A stretch of 64,000 bases of DNA from Raillietiella orientalis (lineage: Eukaryota). Under the pieces are notes generated by a model that ran no database searches, was not told the origin of the DNA, and saw only the letters and a list, made by a program, of their open reading frames with translations. Below are positions 1 through 13,039 of this stretch, piece after piece (position 1 is the first letter of the stretch; each line of letters starts with the position of its first letter). The stretch covers positions 682,001-746,000 of the forward strand of contig JAYWIR010000044.1 in NCBI GenBank assembly GCA_036172245.1. The letters are read 5' to 3'. Both the position numbers and the translations under genes were made by a program.

Positions 1-1023
1 GATTTCCGCCATCCTACACCAATGGCAACGATCTCCCCCCGAAGTCTCTACTGCCCTTTATTATTTTTTAAAAGAAGCAAAATGCCTAGAGGCGCAGGCA
101 CCCACGACAGGAAGTCACTCCGTTGCAGAGGAAGGTGCTTGGCACAGGTGAGGATTTCCTTTGTCTTCGGGTACGCAAATCCGGGAAGGGCTGGACGCTC
201 GGCGCTGGATCCGCGGCCATGGTCCCTTCCCAGCATCCGGACACGGAACATTCGTCAGTTTCCTCACTCTCCCACCCGTCGGATTTGCCTCCTCGTCCTT
301 TCGGTTTCCGAGGAGAGGGTTCCTTCCAGCAGAGAGATTACGGGTGGAAAGGAGGAACGCCCGCCAGAACGCCCTAGGGGAGCCTGCTTCCCGGGAGGTC
401 TGCTTTTGGAGAGGTTCCCGAAGAATAGCTGCACGTCCGAAACAGGCGACAGGTCACTCGCGGCACGCGCTCCTTCGCGCGCGCGAGCGCGACCTTCGGC
501 AAGAACGTGACGTCACTCAGGCGGGAGCACCGTTCGCTCCCCCCTCGCAGCCTCTGCGATCTGCGCTTCCCACGCATTCGCCGAGGACGCGTGAGGGAAG
601 TCTGCTGCAGCGCCATCGGAAGCGCACGGGAGGAGGGACGTAGCACGAGAGGTGGTCAGTCTCGCAAGCGCATTCCTCCTGCTTAACCAGAGAGGCACTC
701 CGTTCTCAGGATCAACTGCGCCGTGGCAAAGATTAACTTGTCAACGACTGGGACTCTCCGCGGATGCACTCCACTCCCGTCTCCCCTCAAAGGGGTGTTC
801 CCTGAGATTTACGATTTTTCGGCAGGACCTCTGTTTTCTGTAGCGGCTTTATCTGCTCGCTAATAGTGGTTAATTGGTCTTCCGGGTAGCATCACCAGAC
901 CGTCCGTGCGTATCCATGACGAGAACGACAGTTCGCTCTATGCTGCAACCAGCCGTTTTTTTCCTTTAATTTTTTCCTCTTTTTCGGTGGGCTCAGTGCG
1001 CAACTCTCCGCGGAGGACTCCAA

Positions 1024-2726
1024 GGCTGATCACCACAGAGGCATTAGGCCGCCCCGCTGTGAGCCGGAAACGAGCCCCTGCCACGTTGCCCTGTCCCGGG
1101 GCAACGGGTCTCCCTGGAACTCCAGCGGATCCCGAAGTTCGAACCCGTCTCCCGGAACCGAGGCGTCAGGTGGACGGTCGATCGTCGGTTGTCCGTCCCG
1201 CGATTGCAGAGGTCCCCGTCCTCGACAGGAACTCCCGAGAGGCGACGACCCCTTCCTTTCTTCCCTCCCCCCCTGACCGAGTGGACGGCCAGGATAGTTG
1301 GGGAGCCGCCATCCCTGCCCTCGTGAAGACGGAGGGAGGACACGCTGACTGGTCATTGGTTGCACGCCCTCGGGCGCGCCTTTTCTGAAACACAAGCTCC
1401 AGCGTATCCCGAGGCGTCCTCCTCTTGTTGCATCTCCTGGCTGGCATCCCTGCGGCGCACTTCGCGTGGGAGCGGTGGTCCCAGCAAGGAGCTCGCTGCT
1501 CGCTCCCGGAACCCGGCGCTCGGGAAAACCCGAGGGTGGTGGTCGTCGCTTCCGCGAGAGAGAGGAGCGGGTCTTTCGGAGACGCGGCCCGCCCGCAGGC
1601 CGCAGCCTCTCCCCAGAGTGGGTGGATCAGCCTCCTTCCTGACTGCCAGCCCGAGCGCCACCGGTGGCGTCTCCCCGTTTCCCTGGAGTCCCGCTCGACT
1701 CCTGTCCGTCAGGCAAGCGGGAGGAGTCCAGAGGTGGGAGGTGCTTTTCTTCTCCGCTCCCCAAGGTTTCCTCCACGCCGGGGCTCTCTGCTCGCTTGGG
1801 CACAGATCCTTCCTCCTCATCCTTCATCCACTCAGCCGCCTTGCACCTCGCGTTGCGAGGACACCGCCGGGTTACAGTCGACCGGTCCTCCCTTCCCCGA
1901 AGATGCACCCCTGGTCCAGCAGCTGTCGCCGACGCGTCCCTTCCTTGGGTATCCCCGGCAGGGACCGCCGACCCCTGTCTTCTCCCGAGCTAGCGGAAAG
2001 CAAAGGACGACCGGCACCGCCGGCTTCGCTACACTGTCCGCTACACCGCCGGAAGGCCGCTCCCTTCCCGAGCGCCGAGCGACCGCTGTCGTCAGCAGGG
2101 GTCCACCTTTCGTCGGCTGCGCCGACCGAGACGTGCCTTCCGAGGTAACGCAGCCAGACTCCGCCTGCGCGCAGCTCGGATGCCGTCTGATTCAACGTGC
2201 CGCTTCCCTTCTCCCTGGCCGTTTTTGATCTTCCGCGAGGGTGAAGATGGCGGCGCCAATGGGAGTCTCGTGCGGAGCCGGGAGGGACCTCTCCAGCTAC
2301 CTCGGGGAGGAATCGCGCCTCCGTGATGCCCTGCGGCGGGGATCCTGCGTGTTTCCTTCGTCACGGTGGACGGAATCCGGCGCCGTCGATTTCGCTAGCA
2401 GTCAAGCGCGCTCATTCGGCAAACCCGGAGAGCCTTCTTCACACTCTTCGAGACGACCTCCGGAAATCCCGTGTTTCCACCTTTCTTTTCCTTCCCGGAA
2501 ATTCGCATTCGAAGCACTCGGGACGTTAATCAGAGCAGGAGGAGGAAGGAGAAGGGAGGGGTGGTGACAATGATGATGATGAGGAGGATCGAGGTGATGG
2601 AAAGTCTCTCCGGGAGGAGCTGCGGCCCGCGAGTGGTGGTCCCTCTAGCCCAAATCGCTGCCCGCGAGGCCGGGATGTGGATCTCTGGGGAAGCGCGCAG
2701 TCTGGAAAGGGAGGAGCAGCCGAAGG
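1024..2726 (+). repeat. Left arm of a ~1.7 kb near-identical inverted duplication (partner 5870-7577)
   Basis: Reverse complement of 5870-7577 throughout. ORF-track translations 2241-2567(+) and 6029-6355(-) are identical; 1425-2228(+) and 6368-7171(-) differ at 2 aa. Confidence 0.95.
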
Positions 2727-5118
2727 CGTGGCGTGGGGTCAAGGAAGGCGGGAGGGAGGGTTCTTTCTCCGTTGATAGGCTGCTTTGGAGGGGACGCTGC
2801 CTATTTCCAGGGTAACTGTGGACGGGTTGTGGTCGCCGCTATCGACAGTAGAATGATGCCTGCTGAACAGTACAGGGATTCCTCCCGCTGGAGACGACTA
2901 GGAAGGAATTCGTTTGAACTGTCACGATAGCCTCGAAGAACGCTCGGCAGTCACAAAAGCAGGTGTTGGAATCTTCAGGATTGCCATGGCAGAGCCACTG
3001 GAATGTGACCAGAGATTCGTCAAATCCACTTGCGTTTCTTTCTCTTTCACGTTCCGCTTCGTTCCTCTTCCTTCTCCTTTGCTTCTGCTGTCCCCGGAGG
3101 TGCCGACTTTCCGGAAGGTCTTCCTCCTAAGAGCCATATGTGAAACCACGCGCATGATTCAGGTGATTCAAGCTCGTGTTGAGAATTTCCAACGGTTTCC
3201 TCGCAGGAGCGTTTTAGAGGTCAGTCCAAAGAGGAAGGCTGACGGATGAAATCTAGGTGACGTCGCTAATCGCCATGTGGCCACCGCTTCCATTTTTTTG
3301 GTGCTCTAGGCTTCGTGCAGACACCTGATGGCATCTCATGAGAGGCGCTCCCCTGGGTGTAGGCTGCGCCTGGCAGGCCTGAGAAAGCCAATCCATCAAT
3401 CAATTTTTCCTTTTCGAAGGGAGTGAGGAACCGTCTCTTAGATGCTTCCGTATCTGAGAAGTCCCGATAGAGGAGACAGTGCAGCAGCGGCGCCGGAGTC
3501 TGCTGTTTCTAGAGTGCGCAGCTCGCAGTGCGCCTGACCCCTCGAGGTGTTTCTTCTGTAGCGCGTTGTTTCTCCGCAACAACCGCTGCGGAAGAGCGCG
3601 CACAGTTCTGAGGCGCAACTGCATCACTGTGAGCGGATGGCACGTGGCGGTGACCACGTTTTCCGAAGACGGCTTAAACGCTTCCGCCTTTTCTTCCTCG
3701 TTGCCGGACCACCTATTTGGTGTGAAGAAACAACGTCAAGACGAATCGGTCTCTCGGAGATGAGCATCAGCTTGGAGGGTTCGATTCGGGCAGGAACGGA
3801 AGAAAAGGGAAACGAGGCTCCACCACTAGTCTGATCACATTCGTCCCCCTCCTAGGGTTGAATTCCTTAAGTTTTACCTCATGCAAGGTGCGGGTCACTC
3901 TTCTCGCAGCTTGCATGAGGCCTCAGGAGGATGCTAACGGCTTCTTGATATGAAGACCTTCGTCTTCCACTTCGGAGGTCACCGTTGCTCTCACTTTTCA
4001 GGGAGTGGTCAGCAAGGAGGCACCTGCTGAGCATTCGCCTTGGAAGGTCCTGAGGATATCACTACATTCCCCGCTGCGACCTGGTGGCTTGTGAAAGCGA
4101 GTGAGAAAGGGGTCCTCACTGTTTTGTGGACCTCCTTCATCCCCGCCGAGGCGTGGGGACGCTCCTCCATTCGACGGAGGTCCCAGTGCACTAGGGAGAT
4201 GGCGGGTCTGCTGGTACCGAAGAGGAAAGATGGAAAGTCGATCAGGCAGTCCGAGATCTCGAAAGCTCCATGGAAAATTCTGAAGAACCCGACCCGCTTT
4301 GGGCAGCCCTGCGAGGGACCTTTGGGCACGTTTTGCAACAGCAGCGTCGTCTTCGAGTGAGCAATGGGTTCCGTAGCATCCGCGATCTTGCAGGTCGCCA
4401 CCTCTTGCGCATCCCACTTATTCATGGCTTCCGTTCGCGATGAAAGGAAGAGTCGAAAACGAGCGTTGTTACGCGATCACACTTGTGGTCGTGTGGTGTG
4501 AAAAACGACAAGGTCTTAACAGAATTAAAGATGAGATGAGCGCGGAACAGCGGAAGCGGTAAGCTTCCTCCGAAGATCCTAACGGGAACTGAAGCGCTTC
4601 TGAGACGCCTATCCCTCTGTACTTCACCCGATAGCTCTGCAGCATCACGTCAGGCAGAGTTGCCTCTCTCACGCAGTGAGCAACGCACTCCTTGGGCAAC
4701 TTTCCTGGCTGTGCTGTAGTAACGTTCCTCGTTTCGAGGATAAACCCTCAGAGCAAGATAGTGGTGGTCATCGGGTAGCGTGCAGATCCGCTAAAGATGC
4801 CAAACGAGCCAGATTCTGTCCAACTAAGAAACCACCTAAAGTGGACGCCAACTTCATGAAATAAACCCGGCATCAGTGGTGAAAAAGGACTCTCCGACAA
4901 AAGTTCGAAAGGACACAGCCAAGGAACTAGCATGACCGCTTCGATTCCTCATGTCCACAAAGAGGGTTTTTGTGTCTGCCATACCGGCAAAGAGAAGGCG
5001 AGATCCGTCAAGCCCAAGCCCCAGAGAAGAATGCAGACATCACGAACATTTGGATTAGTGCTCTCTAGGAGAAGGACATTTGGCGGAAGCCTCATAGGTG
5101 GAAAAGAATAAGAGGCAA

Positions 5119-5660
5119 TTAAACACCAACGAGTCGAGAACCGGATTGAAGCAAAACGGCTTTCTGAATGGAAGAGACATTGCTAACAAAAGCACCTGAA
5201 CACTCGAAAAGACTCAGCCATTCGGGGCTGAGGCTGCATGAAAGATCTTTTTGAACCTGTGCTTTCAGTTCAAAAGGAGCGGGACGTCTGGGGAAGGCGC
5301 TTTGAGCGATGCAGGATGGGCTGCTTAAAGCTCCCTCGCCTAGGATATGGTTTCGCGACATGACCTCAACGTGAAACATCAGCATGGCGGCCAACAGTGC
5401 AATCTAAAAAGAATACAAGGCGGGAGAGTCGAAAACCTGCCTGACTGAAGTCTCATCTTGTGGCGGAACGCGGGAGCGTTTGGGGCGGACAGACGTTGAG
5501 CAGCTCACCCTGTGTTTCTACGCGGCATACCACTTGACTACAGAATCGACGATGAGGACGACGCAGAATTCGGTCAACGTGCAGCCGATTTAGGAGGAAA
5601 AGATCGGACTGCATCCTGTGATCCTTCCGGAACGCAAGCGAGGACACTTTGTTCAGCAAA
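5119..5660 (-). mobile_element. Decayed C-terminus (CCHC plus restriction-like endonuclease region) of an R2/R4/NeSL-type non-LTR retrotransposon
   Basis: Minus-strand peptides CRVETQGELLNVCP..RSATR (like CR.C..ETL.H.LN.C...RHN) and SIQKAVLLQS (like QKAV.LG); interrupted by stops and frameshifts. Confidence 0.4.
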
Positions 5661-5869
5661 AGAACAAAAGGAAGGAGATCGCCCAGATCGCATCTTCCCA
5701 GCTAAGAATTGTCACGAAGATTGTTGTCAAGCGCGAAGATCTCTAGGCGCATCTCTAGGAAAAAGTTGGGATTCCGCGTGGCTTATCCACTTCCTCGGGA
5801 ATTTCTTCCCCCCTTCTAAACTGTCCTCTCTTTCCCCCAAATTGCGCCTTTCCTTGATCCCTCTCTACT

Positions 5870-7577
5870 CCTTCGGCTGCTCCTCCCTTTCCAGACTGCG
5901 CGCTTCCCCAGAGATCCACATCCCGGCCTCGCGGGCAGCGATTTGGGCTAGAGGGACCACCACTCGCGGGCCGCAGCTCCTCCCGGAGAGACTTTCCATC
6001 ACCTCGATCCTCCTCCTCATCATCATTGTCACCACCCCTCCCTTCTCCTTCCTCCTCCTGCTCTGATTAACGTCCCGAGTGCTTCGAATGCGAATTTCCG
6101 GGAAGGAAAAGAAAGGTGGAAACACGGGATTTCCGGAGGTCGTCTCGAAGAGTGTGAAGAAGGCTCTCCGGGTTTGCCGAATGAGCGCGCTTGACTGCTA
6201 GCGAAATCGACGGCGCCGGATTCCGTCCACCGTGACGAAGGAAACACGCAGGATCCCCGCCGCAGGGCATCACGGAGGCGCGATTCCTCCCCGAGGTAGC
6301 TGGAGAGGTCCCTCCCGGCTCCGCACGAGACTCCCATTGGCGCCGCCATCTTCACCCTCGCGGAAGATCAAAAACGGCCAGGGAGAAGGGAAGCGGCACG
6401 TTGAATCAGACGGCATCCGAGCTGCGCGCAGGCGGAGTCTGGCTGCGTTACCTCGGAAGGCACGTCTCGGTCGGCGCAGCCGACGAAAGGTGGACCCCTG
6501 CTGACGACAGCGGTCGCTCGGCGCTCGGGAAGGGAGCGGCCTTCCGGCGGTGTAGCGGACAGTGTAGCGAAGCCGGCGGTGCCGGTCGTCCTTTGCTTTC
6601 CGCTAGCTCGGGAGAAGACAGGGGTCGGCGGTCCCTGCCGGGGATACCCAAGGAAGGGACGCGTCGGCGACAGCTGCTGGACCAGGGGTGCATCTTCGGG
6701 GAAGGGAGGACCGGTCGACTGCAACCCGGCGGTGTCCTCGCAACGCGAGGTGCAAGGCGGCTGAGTGGATGAAGGATGAGGAGGAAGGATCTGTGCCCAA
6801 GCGAGCAGAGAGCCCCGGCGTGGAGGAAACCTTGGGGAGCGGAGAAGAAAAGCACCTCCCACCTCTGGACTCCTCCCGCTTGCCTGACGGACAGAAGTCG
6901 AGCGGGACTCCAGGGAAACGGGGAGACGCCACCGGTGGCGCTCGGGCTGGCAGTCAGGAAGGAGGCTGATCCACCCACTCTGGGGAGAGGCTGCGGCCTG
7001 CGGGCGGGCCGCGTCTCCGAAAGACCCGCTCCTCTCTCTCGCGGAAGCGACGACCACCACCCTTGGGTTTTCCCGAGCGCTGGGTTCCGGTAGCGAGCAG
7101 CGAGCTCCTTGCTGGGACCACCGCTCCCACGCGAAGTGCGCCGCAGGAATGCCAGCCAGGAGATGCAACAAGAGGAAGACGCCTCGCGATACGCTGGCGC
7201 TTGTGTTTCAGAAAAGGCGCGCCCGAGGGCGTGCAACCGATGACCAGTCAGCCAGCATGTCCTCCCTCCGTCTTCACGAGGGCAGGGATGGCGGCTCCCC
7301 AACTATTCTGGCCGTCCACTCGGTCAGGGGGGGGAGGGAAGAAAGGAAGGGGTCGTCGCCTCTCGGGAGTTCCTGTCGAGGACGGGGACCTCTGCAATCG
7401 CGGGACGGACAACCGACGATCGACCGTCCACCTGACGCCTCGGTTCCGGGAGACGGGTTCGAACTTCGGGATCCGCTGGAGTTCCGGGGAGACCCGTTGC
7501 CCCGGGACAGGGCAACGTGGCAGGGGCTCGTTTCCGGCTCACAGCGGGGCGGCCTAGTGCCTCTGCGGTGATCAGCC
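5870..7577 (-). repeat. Right arm of the ~1.7 kb inverted duplication (partner 1024-2726)
   Basis: Starts ccttcggctgc (revcomp of gcagccgaagg ending at 2726) and ends ggtgatcagcc (revcomp of ggctgatcacc at 1024). Confidence 0.95.
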
Positions 7578-7779
7578 AGAGGCAATCCTTCTCTCAGATG
7601 ACTCCGTTTCCAAGGGAACGATCTGATCATTCAGAGTCTGTGTTATGGGTTGTGCCGGCCTGGCTCTTGGCGTTCGATTTAGGCATCTTGTGCTCTAGCC
7701 GTCCCAAGGATTCGCCTTTTCCTTCCGATTCTTTCTCTTTTAGGAGGAAGCAGAGCTGAAATTCCCTTTCTCTTGACTG

Positions 7780-8880
7780 CTGAGAAGACCAAAGTGGCTA
7801 CGATTAACTGCCAACTGATTGAGTGACGCAGCATCACTGAACTCCATCTTGCTCCCAGAGTTATCAACACTTATCTTGTATCTCAGTTACACCGAGAATC
7901 CTCCCGAGAACGCTTTTCCAATTCCTCATCCAAACAGATTCTGCCTAGGAAATTATTTCCAAATACCGGTGTGTCTCTCAGGAACCTTCTTGCAACTGCA
8001 GGCTGTCGATGGACCAAGCATCTTTTTTTAACGAGTGCCTTCCTCTTCGAAGCTCACATAGCTAGGGAAAACGAAGATCCTCTAATACTTTTTGCGGTGC
8101 TTCTCCTGTGAATGCATCCTTGAACTTCTTTCTCTGCCGTGAGAAGACCAGCAGGGTCACTTCACTAGCAGTCCAATCGGCAATGGACCCATTCTGTTTC
8201 CTATTTGTAATGTACCCTTGAGAAGGGCATCTAACCAATCAGATGCTGATTCAAGAGACTGAAATCTTCCTGAAAGCGGCGAATGCGACTTGTCTGCGCA
8301 GCAACTTTCAAGATTTTGGCATCCCTGAGCATGGTCTGGACCACCTCTCACACGGTCAAAGATTGAAGAACGCAAAGTAGCATCCACGTGCGCTGAGCAT
8401 AGACCCGGAATTCGTCTCTTCAGATGCAACCAAAAGCACGAAAGTCGGTCATCTGTAACGGGCAGCACGGAAAACTGCCAAGAGCAACTCCGTCCGCTGA
8501 GAACCCGCTCGGAGATGTCCTGCCAGGGCTGGACGCGGTGTGTTTAGCCGGCCGCCTCATCCCCTTCTCCGCAGAGCTGTCTGTCCTGAGGACAAGAAAC
8601 GACAACTGCCAGCCGGCGAGGTGGGAGATGTTCTCCTACACTGCTGCGCGAGTCCGGAAACTCCTGGAGCTGGGGAAACACCGACGCTCCGCGTTCTCGG
8701 TAGAAGGCACTGCCTCGGTAGCGAGAGGTACTAAGTGTGCACTCGGAAGAACTCGTGGTACCTCCCATGTGCGTGAAGACTTCGGTGTTCCCCTTGAGGA
8801 CGTGCTGCTGCTGTTTGTACTCCAGAAGAGGTTCCCTTGAGGATTTCCTTCGGAGAAGAAATTTCTAATGGGCGGATCCT
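7780..8880 (+). mobile_element. Possible highly decayed LINE ORF2 N-terminal (AP endonuclease) region
   Basis: Scattered motifs in the expected order (KVATINC, DPLIL, RFWH, LPGLD) with many stops. Confidence 0.3.
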
Positions 8881-8898
8881 TTCCAATTTCCCTTTGGA

Positions 8899-9890
8899 GT
8901 TGTCACCCGGTTACGCTGGGCTGTTTATTGATAAAAATACACTCACAACATTCGTGGTACGAGGCTCCACAACGGCCAACGCAGCAATGGACTTGCCGGG
9001 TCGCCGGTACATAGACCTGTGGGGCTCACCTTGGCAGCGGATGGGGAGGGGAGAAAACGAAGATGAAGAAAAGAAGAATAAATGAAAACAAGCAAAAATA
9101 CTTGAGAGGGTCGGGAAGGGATCACTGCCCGCTGGAGAGAGTCTGCATCCGTTCCAGGATGCCAGCAAGGTACGTCCGAATTATCCCCAAGTGGGGCCAT
9201 CTGGCCGCTATCCACAGGAAGCGAACTTTGAACTGGATGGTATCCCCTTCTTTGTTTATTCTTCTGTTGGCTTCACTCCATGCAGTCGCAATCCCGCGGA
9301 TGCAGCAAAGTTCAGCTAGGGCTGCAGCTGCCTGCACGAAGAGGAGCCGTCCCTGGGGGGCTGCCAACCGGGATCCGGAGGGTCATTGCAAAACGTTCCA
9401 TAGAGATCGAAGAGCGACACAGTTTACTAACAGGTGCAGGAGAGATTCCCATTCCCCTCATCTGCGACAGTTCGGGCTCACCCTCCCCAGAGTCCAGTGA
9501 TGCCGGAGGACATTGCACGGGTGACTCCAATGCAACAGCACAAGAAGCTACTCCTGCCACTTCAAGGGGAGGGTGCTCGTGTCTTTCAGCACTGGGGGCC
9601 ACTCCAAAGCCAATCCAGGTCTTGGAATGCCGAGCAGCTCGCCCCAGCGCTGTATTCCTTGTGGAGATACACTCGAGGTCGTTTGCGTCCGACAGCTGTC
9701 CCGTGGTCCCTTCGGAGGATTCCCTTCGGAAAGAAAAATGGAGTAGACCACTCTGGAGGTCTCTCCGGGGAGAATAAGGAAGGGGATTTCCTTCGTAGAC
9801 AACCAGGTTCCCTTCGAGGATCTCTCCTCAGGCGTGAGTGGAGCGGGACCGTCCTGGATTTATAGAGGACCCCTCCCGAGGTATCCTATC
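8899..9890 (-). mobile_element. 5'-truncated copy of the Tx1/L1-tailed family A (part of body, zf-RVT tail, 3'UTR)
   Basis: Peptide LPLKWQE homologous to 31386-31874; terminus aataaacagcccagcgtaaccgggtgacaac on the minus strand. Confidence 0.8.
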
Positions 9891-10079
9891 CTCGGGTGGC
9901 GTGTAAAGCGCGACTGCTGAAGATGACCCGGGGGATATGGCGAGTCGTGTGACTGTTAGCCCCTTATTCGTCTTTTCTCTCTCTCTTTCTCTCTCTCTCT
10001 CTTCTGCCGACAGCACTTCCTCGATTCCCTCTCTTGCTTGCTCCTTTTCACTGTTCCTTGGGGTGGTTTCTCTGGTGAG

Positions 10080-10815
10080 TCGAGGTGTGTTCAAGAGCTG
10101 CGTGAGCTTCCAGGCGCACGACGGCTCTTGAGGTACTCAGAGAACCAAAAAAAAGAAAATCCGAAAAAAAGAAATGCTGGAAGAAAAACAGCGAAGACAG
10201 AAAAAGAACCCAGAAGGATTTTCATCTGGAGCTTCCATGCCCCGGCAAAACCGAGTGATAATCATCTGGAGTTTCCAGTGCACCCAGCGCAGACACCTGG
10301 TTTCAAGGGGCGTTACGTCCCAAGACTGCTTGAGGCGCGGGTCGCTCGAATCGCGCCTGCGCTTGTTGATGGACTGCGGTGCCTTTCTGGAACTGTGGCG
10401 TTCCTCCACCCCAACAGGCGAACTCTCGTCAGCCGCCGTAGTTGCGACGAGATGCTGCATCTGCGCCGTCGTCACAGCCCTCCGTGTGCTGAGGTCTCGG
10501 GCGCAGAGAAGAGAGGTCACTCGCCTATACGAGGTGGCCTCACCTGGTAGAAGTCGAGCCAGGGTGATCACCGAAATTCTGTGCCGTTACCGAGCCAGAA
10601 GGAGTGTCTCGAGCCAGAGACTTCTGACCCCATCCTCCCTTTATTTATTTATTGCTTTCTTCCCTTCCGCTTCAGACTGACCCGGTAACCGACCTTCGTG
10701 TCGGTGACCCTCCAAGAAAACTTTTGATTTAAACTTTTGATATCTAGGAACTGCGTTACCAACTTGCCTGCTTATTCTTATCAAATAAGCGACCCCGGCG
10801 TGACCGGGAGAAAAC
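10080..10815 (+). mobile_element. 3' end of an L1/Tx1-like LINE, subfamily B (decayed zf-RVT and 3'UTR)
   Basis: CLRRGSLESRLRLLMDC..ELW..ATRCCICAVVTA; terminus aataagcgaccccggcgtgaccgggagaaaa; homologous inverted copy at 57885-58400. Confidence 0.75.
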
Positions 10816-10849
10816 GAAAAACTGTCAGCGCTGCTTTCTATCCGTTTGC

Positions 10850-11500
10850 CACGTAGATGTGGAGAAACCTCGTGAGGAAAATGTGGACGTGTGAAGCAAG
10901 TCGTTTGGGCGTCAAAGAAGATGGCTTTACACCCAAGCACGTTGTTGGGGGAGATGTGCCTACTGAACACTCAGAGGGGATACGTGAACTCTCACGAAGT
11001 CCACGAAGAGCGTTCTGGGAAGGGGTGCATGGCCACCGATCAAGCGAGCGCCGTGCTTGCCGTTCCGCAGCCTGCGTGTCAAGGAAGAAGAGAAGTGTGC
11101 CATCAAGGAGGGAAGGCCGTCTTTGTTCGCTCGGGTCTTCGACTCGTATGGGACAGTCAAAACTTCCCAACGCAATGAAGGATTCCGACAGTCGCAGCAG
11201 CTCTTCTGGGTGGCTTCAGGATGAAGCAGGGGTTCCTTCAGGTCTTCACCAGCTGCTCTGAAGAACGCAGCAGCGAACAAGCAGGTGCAGGAACATCTCA
11301 GCGCACTCGCACCTGGCGAAATTCGAAAAGACGCTCACTGACCGGAAAATCCCAGTTTGTGGGGTTTTTCAGTGCAGGCAAGGCTGCCAGTCGAGCCTAG
11401 TGCGTCCCTTCGACGGAGTCCCGTTGCTGGGGTAACGGAGCACACCAAAGGCGCGAACAGCCTTGGAGTTTCGTCATTTCGTCCCCATGGCTACGAACGT
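10850..11500 (-). mobile_element. Decayed reverse transcriptase region of an R2/NeSL-type element
   Basis: Fragments QSSW*, FIALGS, SEQRRPSLLDGT and LFVDF in RT subdomain order, across frameshifts. Confidence 0.35.
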
Positions 11501-11829
11501 AGGAAAACTAGCACTCAGTGAATGTGGGTTCCCATCCAGTATTCCGGGCAAAGAGCAGTATACCAGAACGAGCCATAGCTAGAAACATTTCAGAGGATTG
11601 ACATAGGAACAAGAAGTACGAGCAGCTGTGGGGCGTGACTGGGGTGGCAGCAGCAGACAGCTTTTTTATCCAATTTCGGAGTCCGCGTGGAAGCGAATGC
11701 CGGAAATGGAAAAATCGCGCAGAGATCGGCTGAACGCCAAAGCGATTCGGACCACTTAGGAAATGGTACAGATCTCTGGAGAAAGTGGAAGTGACTTGAA
11801 AAACCTTACCCTCAAGAATTCTCACTGCA

Positions 11830-12260
11830 TCCGTGTTGGCGGCCGCGTGTCTGCGGCCACGTGGAGGACCGATGCCAGAGAAATGGGCGCGTAGTGGGTT
11901 TCGAGTCCTCCCCGCAAGATGACGCTGTCGGCCTATTCGGGCGTGTTCGGTACTGTTGGAAGCCGGCAACTCCCGGATGCCCCCGTTGAGTGACCGGGAC
12001 TGGATGACCCTCTGGGATCCTTTCAGGAATCAAGGAGTCCTTCGGGGCTCCCCTCCGGTTGCGAAAATGGAGCCGCACCATGGAGGTTGGTACCCAACTC
12101 GGGGGTTGTCTCTCCAGAGTGCAAGAAGCACGCTGCTCCCTTCGGGGAGTGCTCTTCGGGAAAATCTGGAAGCATCCCTTCAAGCGTAAGAGGAAGGGAT
12201 TTCTTCTCCGGGAGCCTTCCTGGATCCATAGAGTGGTTTTTCCGAAGTGGATCCCCGCCC
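11830..12260 (+). mobile_element. Family A: internally deleted tRNA-like head plus body
   Basis: tccgtgttggcggccgcgtg matches the head at 26200-26338; second B-box gggtttcgagtcc present; body aligns with 25900-26160(-). Confidence 0.75.
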
Positions 12261-13039
12261 TAAAGAGAAGAATGTCTCTACTGAACTTTTTTTTAAAAAA
12301 AAAGAATTCTTGCTACTGGTGGGGGTTTTTGTTTGATTTCTTTTCCGAAGACGGAAGGGAACGAAGAAACAAACTCTTGATAAGACGGCAGTGGGAGGCT
12401 CGTGTTCCAGGATACCAACAAGAGAGAGAAAGAGCTCGCGTCTTTCTTCTTCGGAAAGCAAGATTTCAGGCGTCTCGCTGCGTCTCTCACAGCAGTACGG
12501 AGATCTGAAAATGCAAACGGAACAAAAGCCGGTCCTGAACAGTGAAACAGGGCCTACAAAATAGGTGCATGAGATTTGAGCACTTCTGCCCGCGATTGCC
12601 GCTCGGCATCTAGGATAGAAGAACATGCTGCACGTCATCTCTAAGTGGCGGCCGCAACTCTGTACTCGGATTGCATTTCCGTTCCCAATATCTAGACACT
12701 GCTTTCGATGATCTTTCTTTTCCAGACTCCCTGTATTTGCTGCTGGCGTCTTCGTTTCCGGGAGCTACTCGGATTCCAAAAAATTCTCCAGAGTCTACAC
12801 GAATCGTTATTATCATTATTTTTCGTTCTTCCGATATAAACGGGCAGCTTTGATCCGCAAGCTCACCAGACGAAAACACTTCGTCTTTTGACAACACTGC
12901 TCGGTGAGCAGATGGCCACCGGCCTTGTCCCCTGGGGATGATGGACTCGTTATCTTTTCTTCCCGGATTTCGAAACACCGGGGCACTTTCCATCTTTTTT
13001 CAGACATCCTTCCGGATCTGAGTCTACGAGGCTGCGGCG

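Noticed and set aside
1010..1030. DNA-transposon interpretation of the large inverted repeat (TIR plus TSD)
   Set aside because: Flanks ggactccaa and agaggcaat are not duplicated and no transposase is visible in the spacer.
1360..2567. Long ORFs (262-284 aa) in the inverted-repeat arms
   Set aside because: Overlapping frames on both strands in GC-rich DNA, no recognisable domain, and their duplication is explained by the repeat itself.
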